Shown: positions 44,720 to 55,895 of the stretch, in pieces | How positions within the stretch are numbered: position 1 is the stretch's first letter | Layout of the letters: each line of letters begins with the position of its first letter | Virus record (IMG/VR): IMGVR_UViG_3300033073_001572 | Span: 1-64,000 of that record | Origin: a virus | Lineage: Duplodnaviria > Caudoviricetes | Length of the DNA: 64,000 nt | Reading direction: 5' to 3' (one strand) | Position numbers and translations under genes: made by a program | Notes under the pieces: model-generated | What the model saw: only the letters and a program-made list of their open reading frames with translations | What the model was told of the DNA's origin: nothing | Database searches by the model: none

Positions 44720-46973
44720 CAGAATCTCTTTTAACCACAGGTTGAGCGAGGTTTGCTCTCATAATAACATTCAGATTTTCATCATGTAAATTAATGCCTG
44801 TTATGTACACGAACCTATCTTCTCTCTCACTCACAAGCTCAGAAGCAGGAAATGCTTCGTATGTTGGATTCGATGAAGAATTTATCAGACCTGCTGGGCA
44901 AGGAATATTGACAACCATGACAGGTGTCGTTTGTTCACCCTTGAATGAAAGTGTCATTTGATCTTTTGCAAAAAATGCCAATGAAGGACTTGATAAAATT
45001 GCTACACCTTCATTGTAGAAGACATTGCCGACACTCGACCACTTGGCGGGTCGTGTTAGCGAATCAGCACGATACAACGATCCCTGGCCATCGTCAACAA
45101 TTGTTAAGGAAACATTCCCATCAGACCCAGTGATGTTATTGTCAGTTATCTTAAATGTTCCTGGAAGAATTCTGTTACCGTAACCTAAGTTAGAAATATC
45201 AAATATGACTACCTGATTAGAACTTGGATCTTTAAATCTCTGTGCCAGAGTTAACCCTGGTCCGATTGCTTTTGTTAGATCAGTAGGTGATGCACCTCCA
45301 ATGCTAGCAAGATCGCCGGGTAAACCCTTGAAATACTTGTCTGTGGCGACTTCTCTCATTGAGATGATTGAGTGATCAATGCAAGAAAGATCGTCTACGA
45401 AGTATGAACCAGATTGATTCGAAATAACACTAAAGTCGGGTTTTATTAGACCATTATCGTTTGGCAAGATTGTCAAATTACGCTTGACGACTTTGTAGTC
45501 TGTGTAAAGAATGTCGTTTGCCGTCTCATTTAACACATAACCCGTATAGATCGAGCCTGTCAGATTGAACAGGCGGGGATACTGATCCGATGCGTAATCT
45601 TTTGTGAAATTTTCAAGATTAATGTAGAAACCATTGACGCCATACGACATGTCGACGTTGAATGGGCTTGTCGTTGTTGATCGTCTAGATTGGAATGGGG
45701 TAACAAGCGTCTCTCTGACTGGTGATTCCATCGAAAAGACAGGAGGAACATAAAGCGCAAGATCTGGATCAGAAACTGACGATGCTGTTGATGTATTCAC
45801 AAGGTCTAGGTCGCTTAAGAACCTACGGTAGATTTTCAAATCGTGAATTTCAGCTTGAAGAGGATTGCTAAACTGGAATCCTATAGGATCTTCTGTGTAT
45901 GCTGGAAAAGACGTGATTCCTTCATCGTAAGCAACCTGCGAATTAAAGAATTTGCCGTTAAAATCAGGACCTTGAAAGTAGTTTCCAATAACAAGAGCTT
46001 CTGACTTATTATATGAAGCAATTGAACTTGATGGGACACAAAACTTTGTCTCTGACGTGTCGATTATTATACTTCCAGTTCCGTAACTTCTAGATGCGCC
46101 GCCCCAGCGAATAGTGACGCGATGCCATGTATTATGTGTTAAAGAATTGTCCTCAGAGATAAATGCTAAATCGAGTGGATTTGATGCACCTGACTCAACT
46201 GCTGGGATTGAAATCTGACTGGGTGGGATATCTGCGCTGTGGCTGAGTTGCAGAAGGATCCTAAATTTATCTGTATTCTGGTTTTGATCTTTGCTGGAAC
46301 CTGTGACTAGTGAAACGGCGAATGTTGATGACAGGTGCATGATTGTGCCTGCATCAAAATCGCTTCCTGATTTTGCCAGATATCTCGGATTAAGAAAGAA
46401 ATCAATGCTAAATGCACCGTCAGGTGTATATTGACGCCCGCTTGCCGTTGTCGAATTAGGATAGATTAAGGCAACATCGTTTGGAATATCGCTTGAAGAA
46501 AAGAAGTTGAGCGTATGATAATTTCCACAAGAAAAGTCACACTTTGAAAATCCATGCCTGTAATAGGGCATGAGATTATCTTTAATCTCCTTCTTTAGGA
46601 GAAATGGGCTTCCATTGTCATTTGAAAAATTGACAGGTTGTGAATATCTGACAGGTGAAAATGAAATTGTGTTGATCTGCGTTTGTGTCTGCTGATTGAC
46701 GAAACCAAGATATGAATTTAAATCACCAGATACATCCAGAATGCCTGCATTGACTTTTTTTGATGCGTCCTTAAGGTAACCGTCAATTGAATTTAAAGTC
46801 CCTTCTGCAAAAACTGAAGTGGTCGGATTGATTTTCTTGATAAAGCTGCTTGGTCTCACAACCAGCGGTATGGAGCCCGTGACACCCAACGACGATGAAA
46901 TGAAGTTGCGCTGTGGGTGCAGCGCAAGCGTCACATTTTCAATCAGGTCTTTTGTGATGGGTATGAATGCCAT
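44685..46973 (-). CDS. Structural protein with a LamG-like domain and a tail-fibre-attachment-like C-terminus
   Basis: FSIDFFLNP...WHRVTIRW...EIHDLKIYRR (LamG-like); C-terminal YITGINLHDENLNVIMRANLAQP...FRIKFDF. Confidence 0.55.
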   Translation of the reverse strand: MAFIPITKDLIENVTLALHPQRNFISSSLGVTGSIPLVVRPSSFIKKINPTTSVFAEGTLNSIDGYLKDASKKVNAGILDVSGDLNSYLGFVNQQTQTQINTISFSPVRYSQPVNFSNDNGSPFLLKKEIKDNLMPYYRHGFSKCDFSCGNYHTLNFFSSSDIPNDVALIYPNSTTASGRQYTPDGAFSIDFFLNPRYLAKSGSDFDAGTIMHLSSTFAVSLVTGSSKDQNQNTDKFRILLQLSHSADIPPSQISIPAVESGASNPLDLAFISEDNSLTHNTWHRVTIRWGGASRSYGTGSIIIDTSETKFCVPSSSIASYNKSEALVIGNYFQGPDFNGKFFNSQVAYDEGITSFPAYTEDPIGFQFSNPLQAEIHDLKIYRRFLSDLDLVNTSTASSVSDPDLALYVPPVFSMESPVRETLVTPFQSRRSTTTSPFNVDMSYGVNGFYINLENFTKDYASDQYPRLFNLTGSIYTGYVLNETANDILYTDYKVVKRNLTILPNDNGLIKPDFSVISNQSGSYFVDDLSCIDHSIISMREVATDKYFKGLPGDLASIGGASPTDLTKAIGPGLTLAQRFKDPSSNQVVIFDISNLGYGNRILPGTFKITDNNITGSDGNVSLTIVDDGQGSLYRADSLTRPAKWSSVGNVFYNEGVAILSSPSLAFFAKDQMTLSFKGEQTTPVMVVNIPCPAGLINSSSNPTYEAFPASELVSEREDRFVYITGINLHDENLNVIMRANLAQPVVKRDSDEFMFRIKFDF

Positions 46974-46980
46974 GCATTAA

Positions 46981-48207
46981 CTAGAAGTCTAATCTAACAC
47001 GGAATGTTAGGTCGCGTTCGTCATTCTTCTCAATGGGTCTCGACAACTTGGCAACTGCGAGTAAGTCACCAGCTGCATTGTAAAGACCGATCGTTGTCAC
47101 AAATGAGAATGAGCGCTGTGTGCCCTCTTCTCCAAGGTCAATGACTCTAATGCGCCCAGTATCATCTGTGAAGGTGGGATTTGTTGAGTAGTTAAACTCA
47201 TCTGCAGTTGCTCGACAGAATGCAAGCGTCGAGTTGATATTAGTGATATTCTGAAATGTCATCGCCGTCAACGACCCAGAGTTAAATCTGACGTTACCAA
47301 AGTGGCTGACAATATCATCAATAGATCCTGAAGTGAAAAAGTCAGGAATAAATGTCGCAGATGGGTTAGAACTTGGAAAACCCGATGTACCCATAAGCGT
47401 CTGATTTGTAAGTGCGGGTGTAATAGAGCCCGTAACTGCTTCAATAGTTCCCGAGCAGAATCCATCTGCTTCAATGATCTTCTTTGCATCCAGGACAATG
47501 ACACCAGAATCGTAGAATATTAGACCTACATTCTCTGCAGTGTTTGATGCATTGACGATATTACCGACTTGACCACCGTATGATACCTCAATTGACGAAG
47601 CTGCCCCGATATCTGAGAAGATTACTGGTCCGTTTGTTGTTGGTGCTGAAATAGTGGGTACACTCGGAGAAGTCGATGCTGTTGTGTAAATCTGTGTTGC
47701 AAATGTCTCGGGCTTGATCTTGTCTCTTGCAAAGAGGCGTTTAAAGGAGATGAAAAGAGCTTCATCAATAAGATCGTTAGTTGTACCGCCAGTAAATGGT
47801 GATTTGAACTGTAAGCTTGCATCACCAAGTAGAATTTGAGCAAACTCTTGGTAGTTTGCAATCTTCTCTCTCATCATCAACGATGACGAAGGAAATAGAA
47901 GTTTTCCTAGATCATCCACAGAAGGCCCAACTGCAGCAACCGTTGCAGATCCAGAGAAAAGACCAACTGTCATATCGAGAACTGGGTTTGCTGTCGCAAG
48001 AGTAAAGTTTTGGTCATAAACAGTCTGAAATAGGCCGCCTGTAACTGCGTATGTTGTCGTCGCATCTTGACTTGAAGTAACGAAGACTTCATACTGTCTA
48101 CGTGTCGAAGATCCGCTAATGCTCTCTTGCAGAACGTCAATAAGCTGGTTTAGATACGACGTTGACGTCTTGATATCAGATGGATCTAATGTTTTAAAGA
48201 ATGCCAT
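46981..48207 (-). CDS. Structural protein, paralogue of 44685-46973
   Basis: VGLIFYDSGVIVL, YSTNPTF and C-terminal VTTIGLYNAAGDLLAVAKLSRPIEK...FRVRLDF. Confidence 0.55.
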   Translation of the reverse strand: MAFFKTLDPSDIKTSTSYLNQLIDVLQESISGSSTRRQYEVFVTSSQDATTTYAVTGGLFQTVYDQNFTLATANPVLDMTVGLFSGSATVAAVGPSVDDLGKLLFPSSSLMMREKIANYQEFAQILLGDASLQFKSPFTGGTTNDLIDEALFISFKRLFARDKIKPETFATQIYTTASTSPSVPTISAPTTNGPVIFSDIGAASSIEVSYGGQVGNIVNASNTAENVGLIFYDSGVIVLDAKKIIEADGFCSGTIEAVTGSITPALTNQTLMGTSGFPSSNPSATFIPDFFTSGSIDDIVSHFGNVRFNSGSLTAMTFQNITNINSTLAFCRATADEFNYSTNPTFTDDTGRIRVIDLGEEGTQRSFSFVTTIGLYNAAGDLLAVAKLSRPIEKNDERDLTFRVRLDF

Positions 48208-48229
48208 TTTAGTAAGTTCCTATTGATGA

Positions 48230-48922
48230 TCAGGCGGTGATTCTGACTTCGATGTCTTTTGAGATTCCTGAATTTCTACCAATGATCCTCATATACGTCT
48301 TAATGTATTGACCGCTTGAGAAGGCAGAGTATGCATCAAATGTTGCTGTCGGAATTGAGTTTGCTCGAAGCGTAAAGTTTGCTGTAGGAGATCCAGATGC
48401 AATCTCGTATCGTGCCGTATTGAGCGTGGGATTGCTAGCAAGTGATTCGCTATTTACAGGCGTCTGGTTAAGGATCGAAAGGAACAGTCGATTGACAAAT
48501 ACGACGTAGAGATTGTCAGTAATTTCGCTAGGAATCTGAGCTGAACCTTCTTGGATCGTTTGTGTCAAATTGATGTTTGTATTTGACTGTCTTGAAATTG
48601 TGATATAATTTGTAGTTGCAAGTTTTCCTGCATTCACAGAAAGGACAGGCAAATACACCTGATTTGGGTTTGAAAGCGAGATTAAATTGCTTCTAAGTGA
48701 TAGCGATGTATTCCGCAGCGCCTCGAACACGGGTGTATTCTTCTCGATCTTTTCACGACCGACTGTCTGACCATACTGCTCAATAATTCCGTAGTTGACC
48801 TCGTCGTCCCCTAGTGAAAAGCTATAGATCGAAAAGTCACCACGTGCTAAATACTGTGATCCAACTGATGTGACAACTGCATCAACTTCAACATTTGTCG
48901 TATCTTGTCTTAGAATGCCCAT
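48230..48922 (-). CDS. Structural (baseplate/fibre-attachment-like) protein
   Basis: N-terminal VDAVVTSVGSQYLARGDFSIYSFSLGDDEVNY; has an SD and an ATAATTA motif upstream. Confidence 0.55.
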   Translation of the reverse strand: MGILRQDTTNVEVDAVVTSVGSQYLARGDFSIYSFSLGDDEVNYGIIEQYGQTVGREKIEKNTPVFEALRNTSLSLRSNLISLSNPNQVYLPVLSVNAGKLATTNYITISRQSNTNINLTQTIQEGSAQIPSEITDNLYVVFVNRLFLSILNQTPVNSESLASNPTLNTARYEIASGSPTANFTLRANSIPTATFDAYSAFSSGQYIKTYMRIIGRNSGISKDIEVRITA

Positions 48923-48970
48923 TTTGATTGTCCTACTTTCTAATTATTTACAATAATTTCGCACATTAAA

Positions 48971-50776
48971 CTAGATAACCTGAGTATAAATTTTTCCTTC
49001 TGAGGCCGGTATTTTCTGGACGATCTTATTGTTAGTCATTTTAATATCTATCATCTGCTCTTGTGCCAAATTAGTTTCAAGTATATGAATCTTATACGCG
49101 GGTTTCTTGTCGTTGAATGAGATGTGACCTAAGCTATCACCTTTGTTATCAAGCAAATCTGTGTATGAAGGATCAAAATAAACCGTCATTTTTGAATGTC
49201 CCGAATCTTTTATAAGATCAGGGAAGAAGTCTGACGTAAGAAGTAGATTTGGATAAGGCTTTGGAGCACCAGGTCTACTGATTGATTTTACTATCAAGCG
49301 CTCCGTATAGAGATCTAAACTTACTTCAAATTGTGATGAATAATTTGAGCTTAGACCATGTGCGTCAACAGATGCTATTGCATAAATGTATTTTGACCTA
49401 AGATTGAATCCTCTATCTACGTAAAATGTGGTTGGATACCTTTTTATAGCAACCTTCCAGTCTGGAACGTTTTCTTTTGATGATGCTTTTGAGAATGAAT
49501 CATCAAAATCTAACTCGCAAAGAAGTTCGAATGGCTCATAAACTGTTTTACGACGAAAGACCTGGAATTTCTTGATGTCACGTTGAGGGTTTAGAGGAAA
49601 TCTCCATCCAACAAACAAAGAACCATCAGCCTCTGACTTGAAATAAAGATCCTCGGGTGGTTTTGGGGGTGCGACCTCTACACAATCAACGTCAATATTT
49701 GATCCTGCAGTTGCAAAAAGCATATCTACTTTGGCGATTCCTGCGCCTCTTCCTGTGACATCTTGCGCTGCTACATATGTCGTAACGTTATACACGGCTC
49801 TTACCTGATAGGAATACATTCCTCCGTAACGCACGCCTTCGTCAAGAAGATAAGTCGTTCCTGTATTGAAAATAAGATCGTCATATATCTTTAGAGAACC
49901 ATCTACTTGCTGCGATATTTTTTGGACTACGTAACCAATAAGTGAAAACTCCATATTGGGAATGTTTTCAAACGCGCCTGGTTTTGTTACACTGATTCTG
50001 TCTGTAGGGATCGTATAATCATAGTAATCGCTTAGAATCTTGAGCGGTGTTGATGATTGTCTTGATTTCTCTTGAATTGCTAGAGTGCTATCAAGAACAG
50101 AAGCAAACTCATCGGAAAATATTGACATTTGCGATGTTGAAACTTGTCGTGTAACATCATCAATAAAGCAATTGTTAATTGAAATACTTGTCCAAAATGC
50201 TCTAACATCTTTAAGAAATTGTGTTTTTTCTTCTGACCTAACGTCTGTTTTTGCATAAGCAAATCCAGCAGACTGAATGTTACCTAGTGAGTTAAAGATA
50301 ACAGATTTAGGGTTTATGGTAGTTGCCGACGTATTAACGCCTGTTTCAAGCATGTCTCCTGCAACAGGTGTCGATGAGGAGAAAATTAAAGATGCAGAAG
50401 AAATTTGATAACACCGATTATCAACAAGAGTGTCTGCAACTTCAATTGATGAAAAATTTAAATTGAATGGACTATTTTCATAAATGATTTTTTCTCCCGC
50501 CTTTATCCTCTTAGAAAGAGGTGGAAGATCTCTCGGTGGATTACCAGGTTGAGGAGCATTAAAATCTATTCTGATGTATCTTGGTGCTTTAGCAATTCTT
50601 GATTCGAAGTATGCGCTATCAGTTACACCATCTTCTGGAAAAGTTGAATGCGATTCATTGATCCTCTCATCTGGTGTAAAGTAGTTATAAACAAACTTAG
50701 ATGAGATAACTTCTGCATTCTTGAGACCTGCGATGATTGCAGGTAAAGATGTTAATGTGAAATTCTCAGACATCAT
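48971..50776 (-). CDS. Structural protein with fibronectin type III-like domains
   Basis: YSYQVRAV, PPKPPEDL...VGWRFP...KFQVFRR and YIYAIASVDAHGLSSNYS. Confidence 0.55.
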   Translation of the reverse strand: MMSENFTLTSLPAIIAGLKNAEVISSKFVYNYFTPDERINESHSTFPEDGVTDSAYFESRIAKAPRYIRIDFNAPQPGNPPRDLPPLSKRIKAGEKIIYENSPFNLNFSSIEVADTLVDNRCYQISSASLIFSSSTPVAGDMLETGVNTSATTINPKSVIFNSLGNIQSAGFAYAKTDVRSEEKTQFLKDVRAFWTSISINNCFIDDVTRQVSTSQMSIFSDEFASVLDSTLAIQEKSRQSSTPLKILSDYYDYTIPTDRISVTKPGAFENIPNMEFSLIGYVVQKISQQVDGSLKIYDDLIFNTGTTYLLDEGVRYGGMYSYQVRAVYNVTTYVAAQDVTGRGAGIAKVDMLFATAGSNIDVDCVEVAPPKPPEDLYFKSEADGSLFVGWRFPLNPQRDIKKFQVFRRKTVYEPFELLCELDFDDSFSKASSKENVPDWKVAIKRYPTTFYVDRGFNLRSKYIYAIASVDAHGLSSNYSSQFEVSLDLYTERLIVKSISRPGAPKPYPNLLLTSDFFPDLIKDSGHSKMTVYFDPSYTDLLDNKGDSLGHISFNDKKPAYKIHILETNLAQEQMIDIKMTNNKIVQKIPASEGKIYTQVI

Positions 50777-53700
50777 CTCGCTCCAAACACGTTCGGCTGG
50801 AATGCTGCCGCAATTTCTGTGACAGACACTCTATTTGTTGCATTTTCAAGTTGACTTGAAAAATCTCTATTTGAGATCGATCGTGAGCGCTCAGGTGGGG
50901 GTGTTATCTCTCGATCGGTTGAAACAGACTCTAGCGACACTAGGACATCAACCAAGTAACCGCTTCTATTTTTTCTTAAAAGATTTGCATCAACAGGTAT
51001 TGCAACAATCTTGTCAAATATAGGACCCGATAGTGATCTTGATATAATTGTGTTTCTTGAAAATTGTATGCTATTAAGGCCTGCTGCAGCGTATCTTGAC
51101 TGGACCAGATCACTAAACCTGTAAGATCTTACTTCGTTTACAAATTTAACTTTTATATCTTTCATCTGCTGTGTATCTAGGTCACCTAAGTCATTTTGAA
51201 CTGTGACATACCCATCAAACTTTATACCCAGGAATAACTCAAGATAATTCAGAAGTGAAACAGATTCTAATTCGTTTCGCTTTGATTCTATTGAAAATTG
51301 ATCATTTGGAGAGAAATTAGAATTTGTGTTTAGTTCAAATAGTTGTGTTGCTGCAAGGACACTATCACCACTAGAATTAATTGTGGGTGTATACTTTAAC
51401 GCTTGATGCTCAATGAATCCTGTTGCTGGATAACGTTTTTTAATAATAATATCATCATCCTGTGTCGCATTAATTGTTCTAATTAGGAGAGAAACTTCAA
51501 TATAGGTTATTTTATTCTGGTTGAATGCACCTAATCTATCAAGCATTCCGTATGGGATTCCACAGACAACAATAAAGCTATCTTCATCAGTTGGTATTTC
51601 GGGATCATCTTGAATAAAACGCATGAAACCATTCAAAGTCGTTGTTTCTTTGTACATGTCTTTTGAAAAGTACTTAAAATCTGTACTTTGACGTGGAGCG
51701 TATCTTGCTTGTCTATTTAAAGCTTGAACGCTATTGAAGGTGTAGTTGTTAGAAAGTTTTTCTCCAAAAGTTGTCTGATAATCATGCGCAATTTTTGATG
51801 CTGTGGCGAGAAGAGTATTTGTTTGCATGATATAGCGATAAACAAGATCAACGCTATCATAAAAAACTTGTGTATCTTGTAGCAGAGTTTGCGTTATTGG
51901 AAATGAGTACCTAACAAAGTTTGATAAAACATTGGGACTACTTTCTATGGGAATCGTTAATGATAGAGACTTTTTTAAATCGTCATATAATTCTGATGAA
52001 TAAGAGAATGATGCAACATAGTAATCATACGTCCCAAAATATTCACTGTTATTGTCGTCTTCCTGTTCTTGATCTTCGGGAGGTACATATGGATCAATTT
52101 TTATATCAAAAGGAGTGTTGACAACAATTGAAAGCCATTTAACTAAATAAAGAAATGCTCTCTGATCTCTATTAAGTGTCAAAAAACCCTTAGATGCGCC
52201 AATTTTTGCGCTTAAAGATGAAGATTTGTCCCAAGATGTCTTTGATAAATTTGATATTATTTTATTGCTTGATCTTTCTACATTGGCTGCTGCCGTGAAA
52301 AAATTATCCCACTGGTGACCGTCAGGATTTATTAAATCTCTTTTAATATCGCCTGGAACACCTGGCCCGTATCTTGAACTAAACCTGTAGAAACCTGTAA
52401 ATGTGTTTCCGCTTCTAAACGTTCTTCCTAGAGAAGAATTAAATGATTCAAAATCACCTTCAAATGCCTCAAAGTCTTTTAAGTAATCATTGATTGCATT
52501 TTCAAGTTCATCATTTACCATTGAAAGAAAATCGTCTCTTTCACTTGAAATTACATAATCAAGAGGATTTCTTAGACGATCTCTAAGCATCATAATCTTT
52601 ATGATCTTAAACAACGATCCGGTGAGACCTTTAAGTAAAAATGAAAATCTTAATGCACTTGTTGAATTGTCATTGGTGAAAAATGAACTTTCCATCATTG
52701 CATTCATTTGACTTAAAAAGCCTGCCCAAGATTCTAGATCTTGACCCAAGCTACCATTTTGATTTTTTTCACCGATAAGAACGTCTATTTTTTCTTTTAC
52801 ATTGTCTTCAATGTTTTTTGAAATTGTAGAAAATTCTTCTGATCTTTGAATCAAAAGTTCTCTATCAGTATTGAGAGGCTTACCAAGAAAGTATTCATCT
52901 GCCGATGTATAGCGCTTCAAGTCTGCCTGATTTTCAACATTAGTATCGATGCACAGAACACTTGTCCCATTATCAACTATGTCTAGCAAACCTGAATATA
53001 TTCCTGCATTAAATCTTGCAGAGAGTCTAGATTTTCTATCGAAATTTACAATGTTACCTACTAATTCATTGAAAACAATGTTAGGATCAATTCCATTCTT
53101 AGTGTATGTTAAATCTTTAGAGTCTGCAACAATAAGTGTGTCAACAATCGACGCAAGAGAATCAAAGCTTTCATTCGATTCTCCGCTGTATAGGCCAGAA
53201 AAGAATTTATCTTTTGCACTTTCATATTGAGTTGAAGTTACAGGAGCCAGAGTCATTGAATCTACTCCTGTATAGTCTATCGTTATGTTCTTACCAAATT
53301 TTTTTCTTGCAAAAGCATTTCTAAGAATTTGCATAAGCTGTGTGATGTTATACCCACGAATTGACATCTTCAACTCAGATTCAACCCATTGCTTTTTAAC
53401 ATCATGCTCAGTTACAGAAACTGTTGGAATTAATTCAGGAAATGTTCCTGATCCGTATGAATTATTAAAATCAGAATCAGTCTCTAAATAGTACAAAGAT
53501 TCTAAGTGAGTCATATAAGCAGCTTTTGCCTGGTAGGCGGCAGTTATTTTTCCAACTACACTGTTAAAATCTTTGTATTGACTTGTGTCATTAAAAGTTA
53601 AAATTTCTTCATCTGACAGGCTAGAACCTGACATTTTGTTTATAATGTCGCTAACATTGCTCAGCGTGATTGTGCTAAGATTGCGCTGGATGTTCAGAAT

Positions 53701-53946
53701 TTCAGATTCAGCATTGTCAACATCTGTTAATTTTTTAAAAGGAATCGTTGATAAAACAATGGGCATCGATGATGTAATGCCCTTAGAAATGAGATCGCTA
53801 TCATAAGAGACTTGAGTTACTTTATAGTAATCATCTCCCGTTGCTCCTGACTGCGTGCTTGCAACAATACCTTGTGATGCCTTGACATCGCGGATAGGCT
53901 TAGACCTCAATTCATCTTTTGAGGTATTAAAATAAATCTGTCTCAT
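50773..53946 (-). CDS. Large orphan protein (1057 aa), probably structural
   Basis: Long intact ORF with 4-bp overlaps to both neighbours; rich in Asn, Ser and Asp; no recognisable motif. Confidence 0.7.
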   Translation of the reverse strand: MRQIYFNTSKDELRSKPIRDVKASQGIVASTQSGATGDDYYKVTQVSYDSDLISKGITSSMPIVLSTIPFKKLTDVDNAESEILNIQRNLSTITLSNVSDIINKMSGSSLSDEEILTFNDTSQYKDFNSVVGKITAAYQAKAAYMTHLESLYYLETDSDFNNSYGSGTFPELIPTVSVTEHDVKKQWVESELKMSIRGYNITQLMQILRNAFARKKFGKNITIDYTGVDSMTLAPVTSTQYESAKDKFFSGLYSGESNESFDSLASIVDTLIVADSKDLTYTKNGIDPNIVFNELVGNIVNFDRKSRLSARFNAGIYSGLLDIVDNGTSVLCIDTNVENQADLKRYTSADEYFLGKPLNTDRELLIQRSEEFSTISKNIEDNVKEKIDVLIGEKNQNGSLGQDLESWAGFLSQMNAMMESSFFTNDNSTSALRFSFLLKGLTGSLFKIIKIMMLRDRLRNPLDYVISSERDDFLSMVNDELENAINDYLKDFEAFEGDFESFNSSLGRTFRSGNTFTGFYRFSSRYGPGVPGDIKRDLINPDGHQWDNFFTAAANVERSSNKIISNLSKTSWDKSSSLSAKIGASKGFLTLNRDQRAFLYLVKWLSIVVNTPFDIKIDPYVPPEDQEQEDDNNSEYFGTYDYYVASFSYSSELYDDLKKSLSLTIPIESSPNVLSNFVRYSFPITQTLLQDTQVFYDSVDLVYRYIMQTNTLLATASKIAHDYQTTFGEKLSNNYTFNSVQALNRQARYAPRQSTDFKYFSKDMYKETTTLNGFMRFIQDDPEIPTDEDSFIVVCGIPYGMLDRLGAFNQNKITYIEVSLLIRTINATQDDDIIIKKRYPATGFIEHQALKYTPTINSSGDSVLAATQLFELNTNSNFSPNDQFSIESKRNELESVSLLNYLELFLGIKFDGYVTVQNDLGDLDTQQMKDIKVKFVNEVRSYRFSDLVQSRYAAAGLNSIQFSRNTIISRSLSGPIFDKIVAIPVDANLLRKNRSGYLVDVLVSLESVSTDREITPPPERSRSISNRDFSSQLENATNRVSVTEIAAAFQPNVFGAR

Positions 53947-55892
53947 ATGTTAGCCTCTATGCTTACAATATCATCATTTCTCATAATACAAGCAATTCTA
54001 ACTTTAGATACATTCATATCGACAGATGTTGAAATCTCTGTTTGAGACTCATCTACAATAATTCGACAGATGGGTTGACCACCACTAGTTTTTGTGATGT
54101 CAAAAATTTCAATTCTAGACACATCCACAAGGCTTGATGCATTCCAGACAACGATCTTGTCATCTTTCCTCAGTATTTTCCTAATAAATTGTAACTTTGG
54201 TGTTGTCATTGAAGGAAAGCTCTCTACGGTTGCAAATATTGAAGTTTTTCCACTTTCTATGCCAGCTATGTCTGAAGGGAGAGATTTTCCATATCTTAGA
54301 GTGCCATATGCTAGCGCTGATTTATTGAAGAACTTTTGTGTGAAATTCATCTTCGCATTTACATTATTAGAACCCAATACCGAGGGTGAAATCATTGGGT
54401 TACCAGGCGTTAGGCCTGCTCCAGCGATGTAAAAATTTCTTGAAGTCCCAATATCCTCAACAATTTCAGTTGGAGACTTAATCATGACTTCAAAGATATA
54501 TGCGCAATAGCTTGATCCTATGAAAGTGTCTATAATTTCACCTGGTTTGAAAATTCCAACTTTTTCTTCTACGCATAAGATGGGATCAACTCTTGTTACA
54601 AGAACTCCAATTAAAGGATCAAGCTGTGTTGACAAGTTCTTTATTTCGTTGGGATAAATGTTATCAATTCCTAGACCTCGAAGATCATTTAAGAGACTCT
54701 GGGTTGCAGTCGTATCTTTATAAGAAATATTGACAGAGAATTTTCTAGTTATTTGATCATTATTAGATGTTTGACTAACTAGCTTTGCACTAACATTGAC
54801 AGCTGATTCGAGTATTTTAGGATGCAAGACATAAGTTGCTGCTGATGTGTGCTGTGTTCCGTCCTTAAACTCAAACAACGCCTTATAGGAATATGTTGTA
54901 TAAGGCGCAATAAAAGAGTCTGTGAGAACCACACGATTACCAGAATTTTGCAAACTATCAATAACTCGATATGTTTTTTCACGATGAGTCTTGCTAAGCC
55001 TTATTAACTTAATATAGTTAACATTGTCTGGAATGTTGCTTATCGCAAAATTTGCTATATTTCCCGTGAATTGTAGTGGATAAATTACACATTGCTCGTT
55101 ATGAATCTTTTCTTTATTCAATACAATTTCTTGATATGCAGAATTCGTTAAATTGCGATAAAAAGATGTTGGAACAACTTTAACAATTTTTCTAGTGTCT
55201 CCAGAATCAAATATGTCTACAGACGCGAAACCTTCGTTTGTCACTGGAGCAAGAATTGGTTTTTGATTTTTTTCACTTATATTCTTGTTTCCAGAAGAAT
55301 TTTGGACATAGACTTTGAATTTTTGAATTCTTTTATCTTTTGGAGTAATCAAGATTCGGGTTTTATTCTTGAATACGTTAGAAGATCCTAAAACAAAATC
55401 AGTGCGTGGCAAAGCATAATCAGTAACAAGTTTTTCAAAATCAATATTTGCAACTTGAATCACATTGTTCAGATTATTGCTAACATCAACAATTGATGCA
55501 TATAAAATTTGTGTACCCTGGTCTTCTATTGTAAATGACAGACCCTTTCTTAGAAAGTCTTGATATATTAATGAGACTTTTCTAATGGGCGTGATTGTTC
55601 TATTGAATTTTTTTAATCGTGAAACATCGTAACTTTTAATGAGATTATTGAAATCTTGCACATTTTCAATATTTGCGTTTTTAAACATGTTGGGGCGATT
55701 AACTACAGGTGTTTCTCTAGTAATTTGTATTTCAAAATTTCCTTTAAGAACTGAATTTGGTTCAAGAATGTCTAGTTTGACTTCAACATCAAAGTAATAT
55801 TTTCCAGAAATGATCTCATGATTGACAATAGAGAAAGCATTGGAATCGGTGAATTGAATTGGTCGACTTTTTGCAACAACAACTTTCGCCAT
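53943..55892 (-). CDS. Orphan protein (649 aa) with possible FN3-like segments
   Basis: Intact ORF; includes TYSYKALFEF; markedly AT-rich. Confidence 0.65.
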   Translation of the reverse strand: MAKVVVAKSRPIQFTDSNAFSIVNHEIISGKYYFDVEVKLDILEPNSVLKGNFEIQITRETPVVNRPNMFKNANIENVQDFNNLIKSYDVSRLKKFNRTITPIRKVSLIYQDFLRKGLSFTIEDQGTQILYASIVDVSNNLNNVIQVANIDFEKLVTDYALPRTDFVLGSSNVFKNKTRILITPKDKRIQKFKVYVQNSSGNKNISEKNQKPILAPVTNEGFASVDIFDSGDTRKIVKVVPTSFYRNLTNSAYQEIVLNKEKIHNEQCVIYPLQFTGNIANFAISNIPDNVNYIKLIRLSKTHREKTYRVIDSLQNSGNRVVLTDSFIAPYTTYSYKALFEFKDGTQHTSAATYVLHPKILESAVNVSAKLVSQTSNNDQITRKFSVNISYKDTTATQSLLNDLRGLGIDNIYPNEIKNLSTQLDPLIGVLVTRVDPILCVEEKVGIFKPGEIIDTFIGSSYCAYIFEVMIKSPTEIVEDIGTSRNFYIAGAGLTPGNPMISPSVLGSNNVNAKMNFTQKFFNKSALAYGTLRYGKSLPSDIAGIESGKTSIFATVESFPSMTTPKLQFIRKILRKDDKIVVWNASSLVDVSRIEIFDITKTSGGQPICRIIVDESQTEISTSVDMNVSKVRIACIMRNDDIVSIEANI

Positions 55893-55895
55893 GAC

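Noticed and set aside
46978-46984. CTAGTTA as a further promoter-motif copy
   Set aside because: It mismatches the first position and overlaps the upstream gene's stop codon, so it was not counted.
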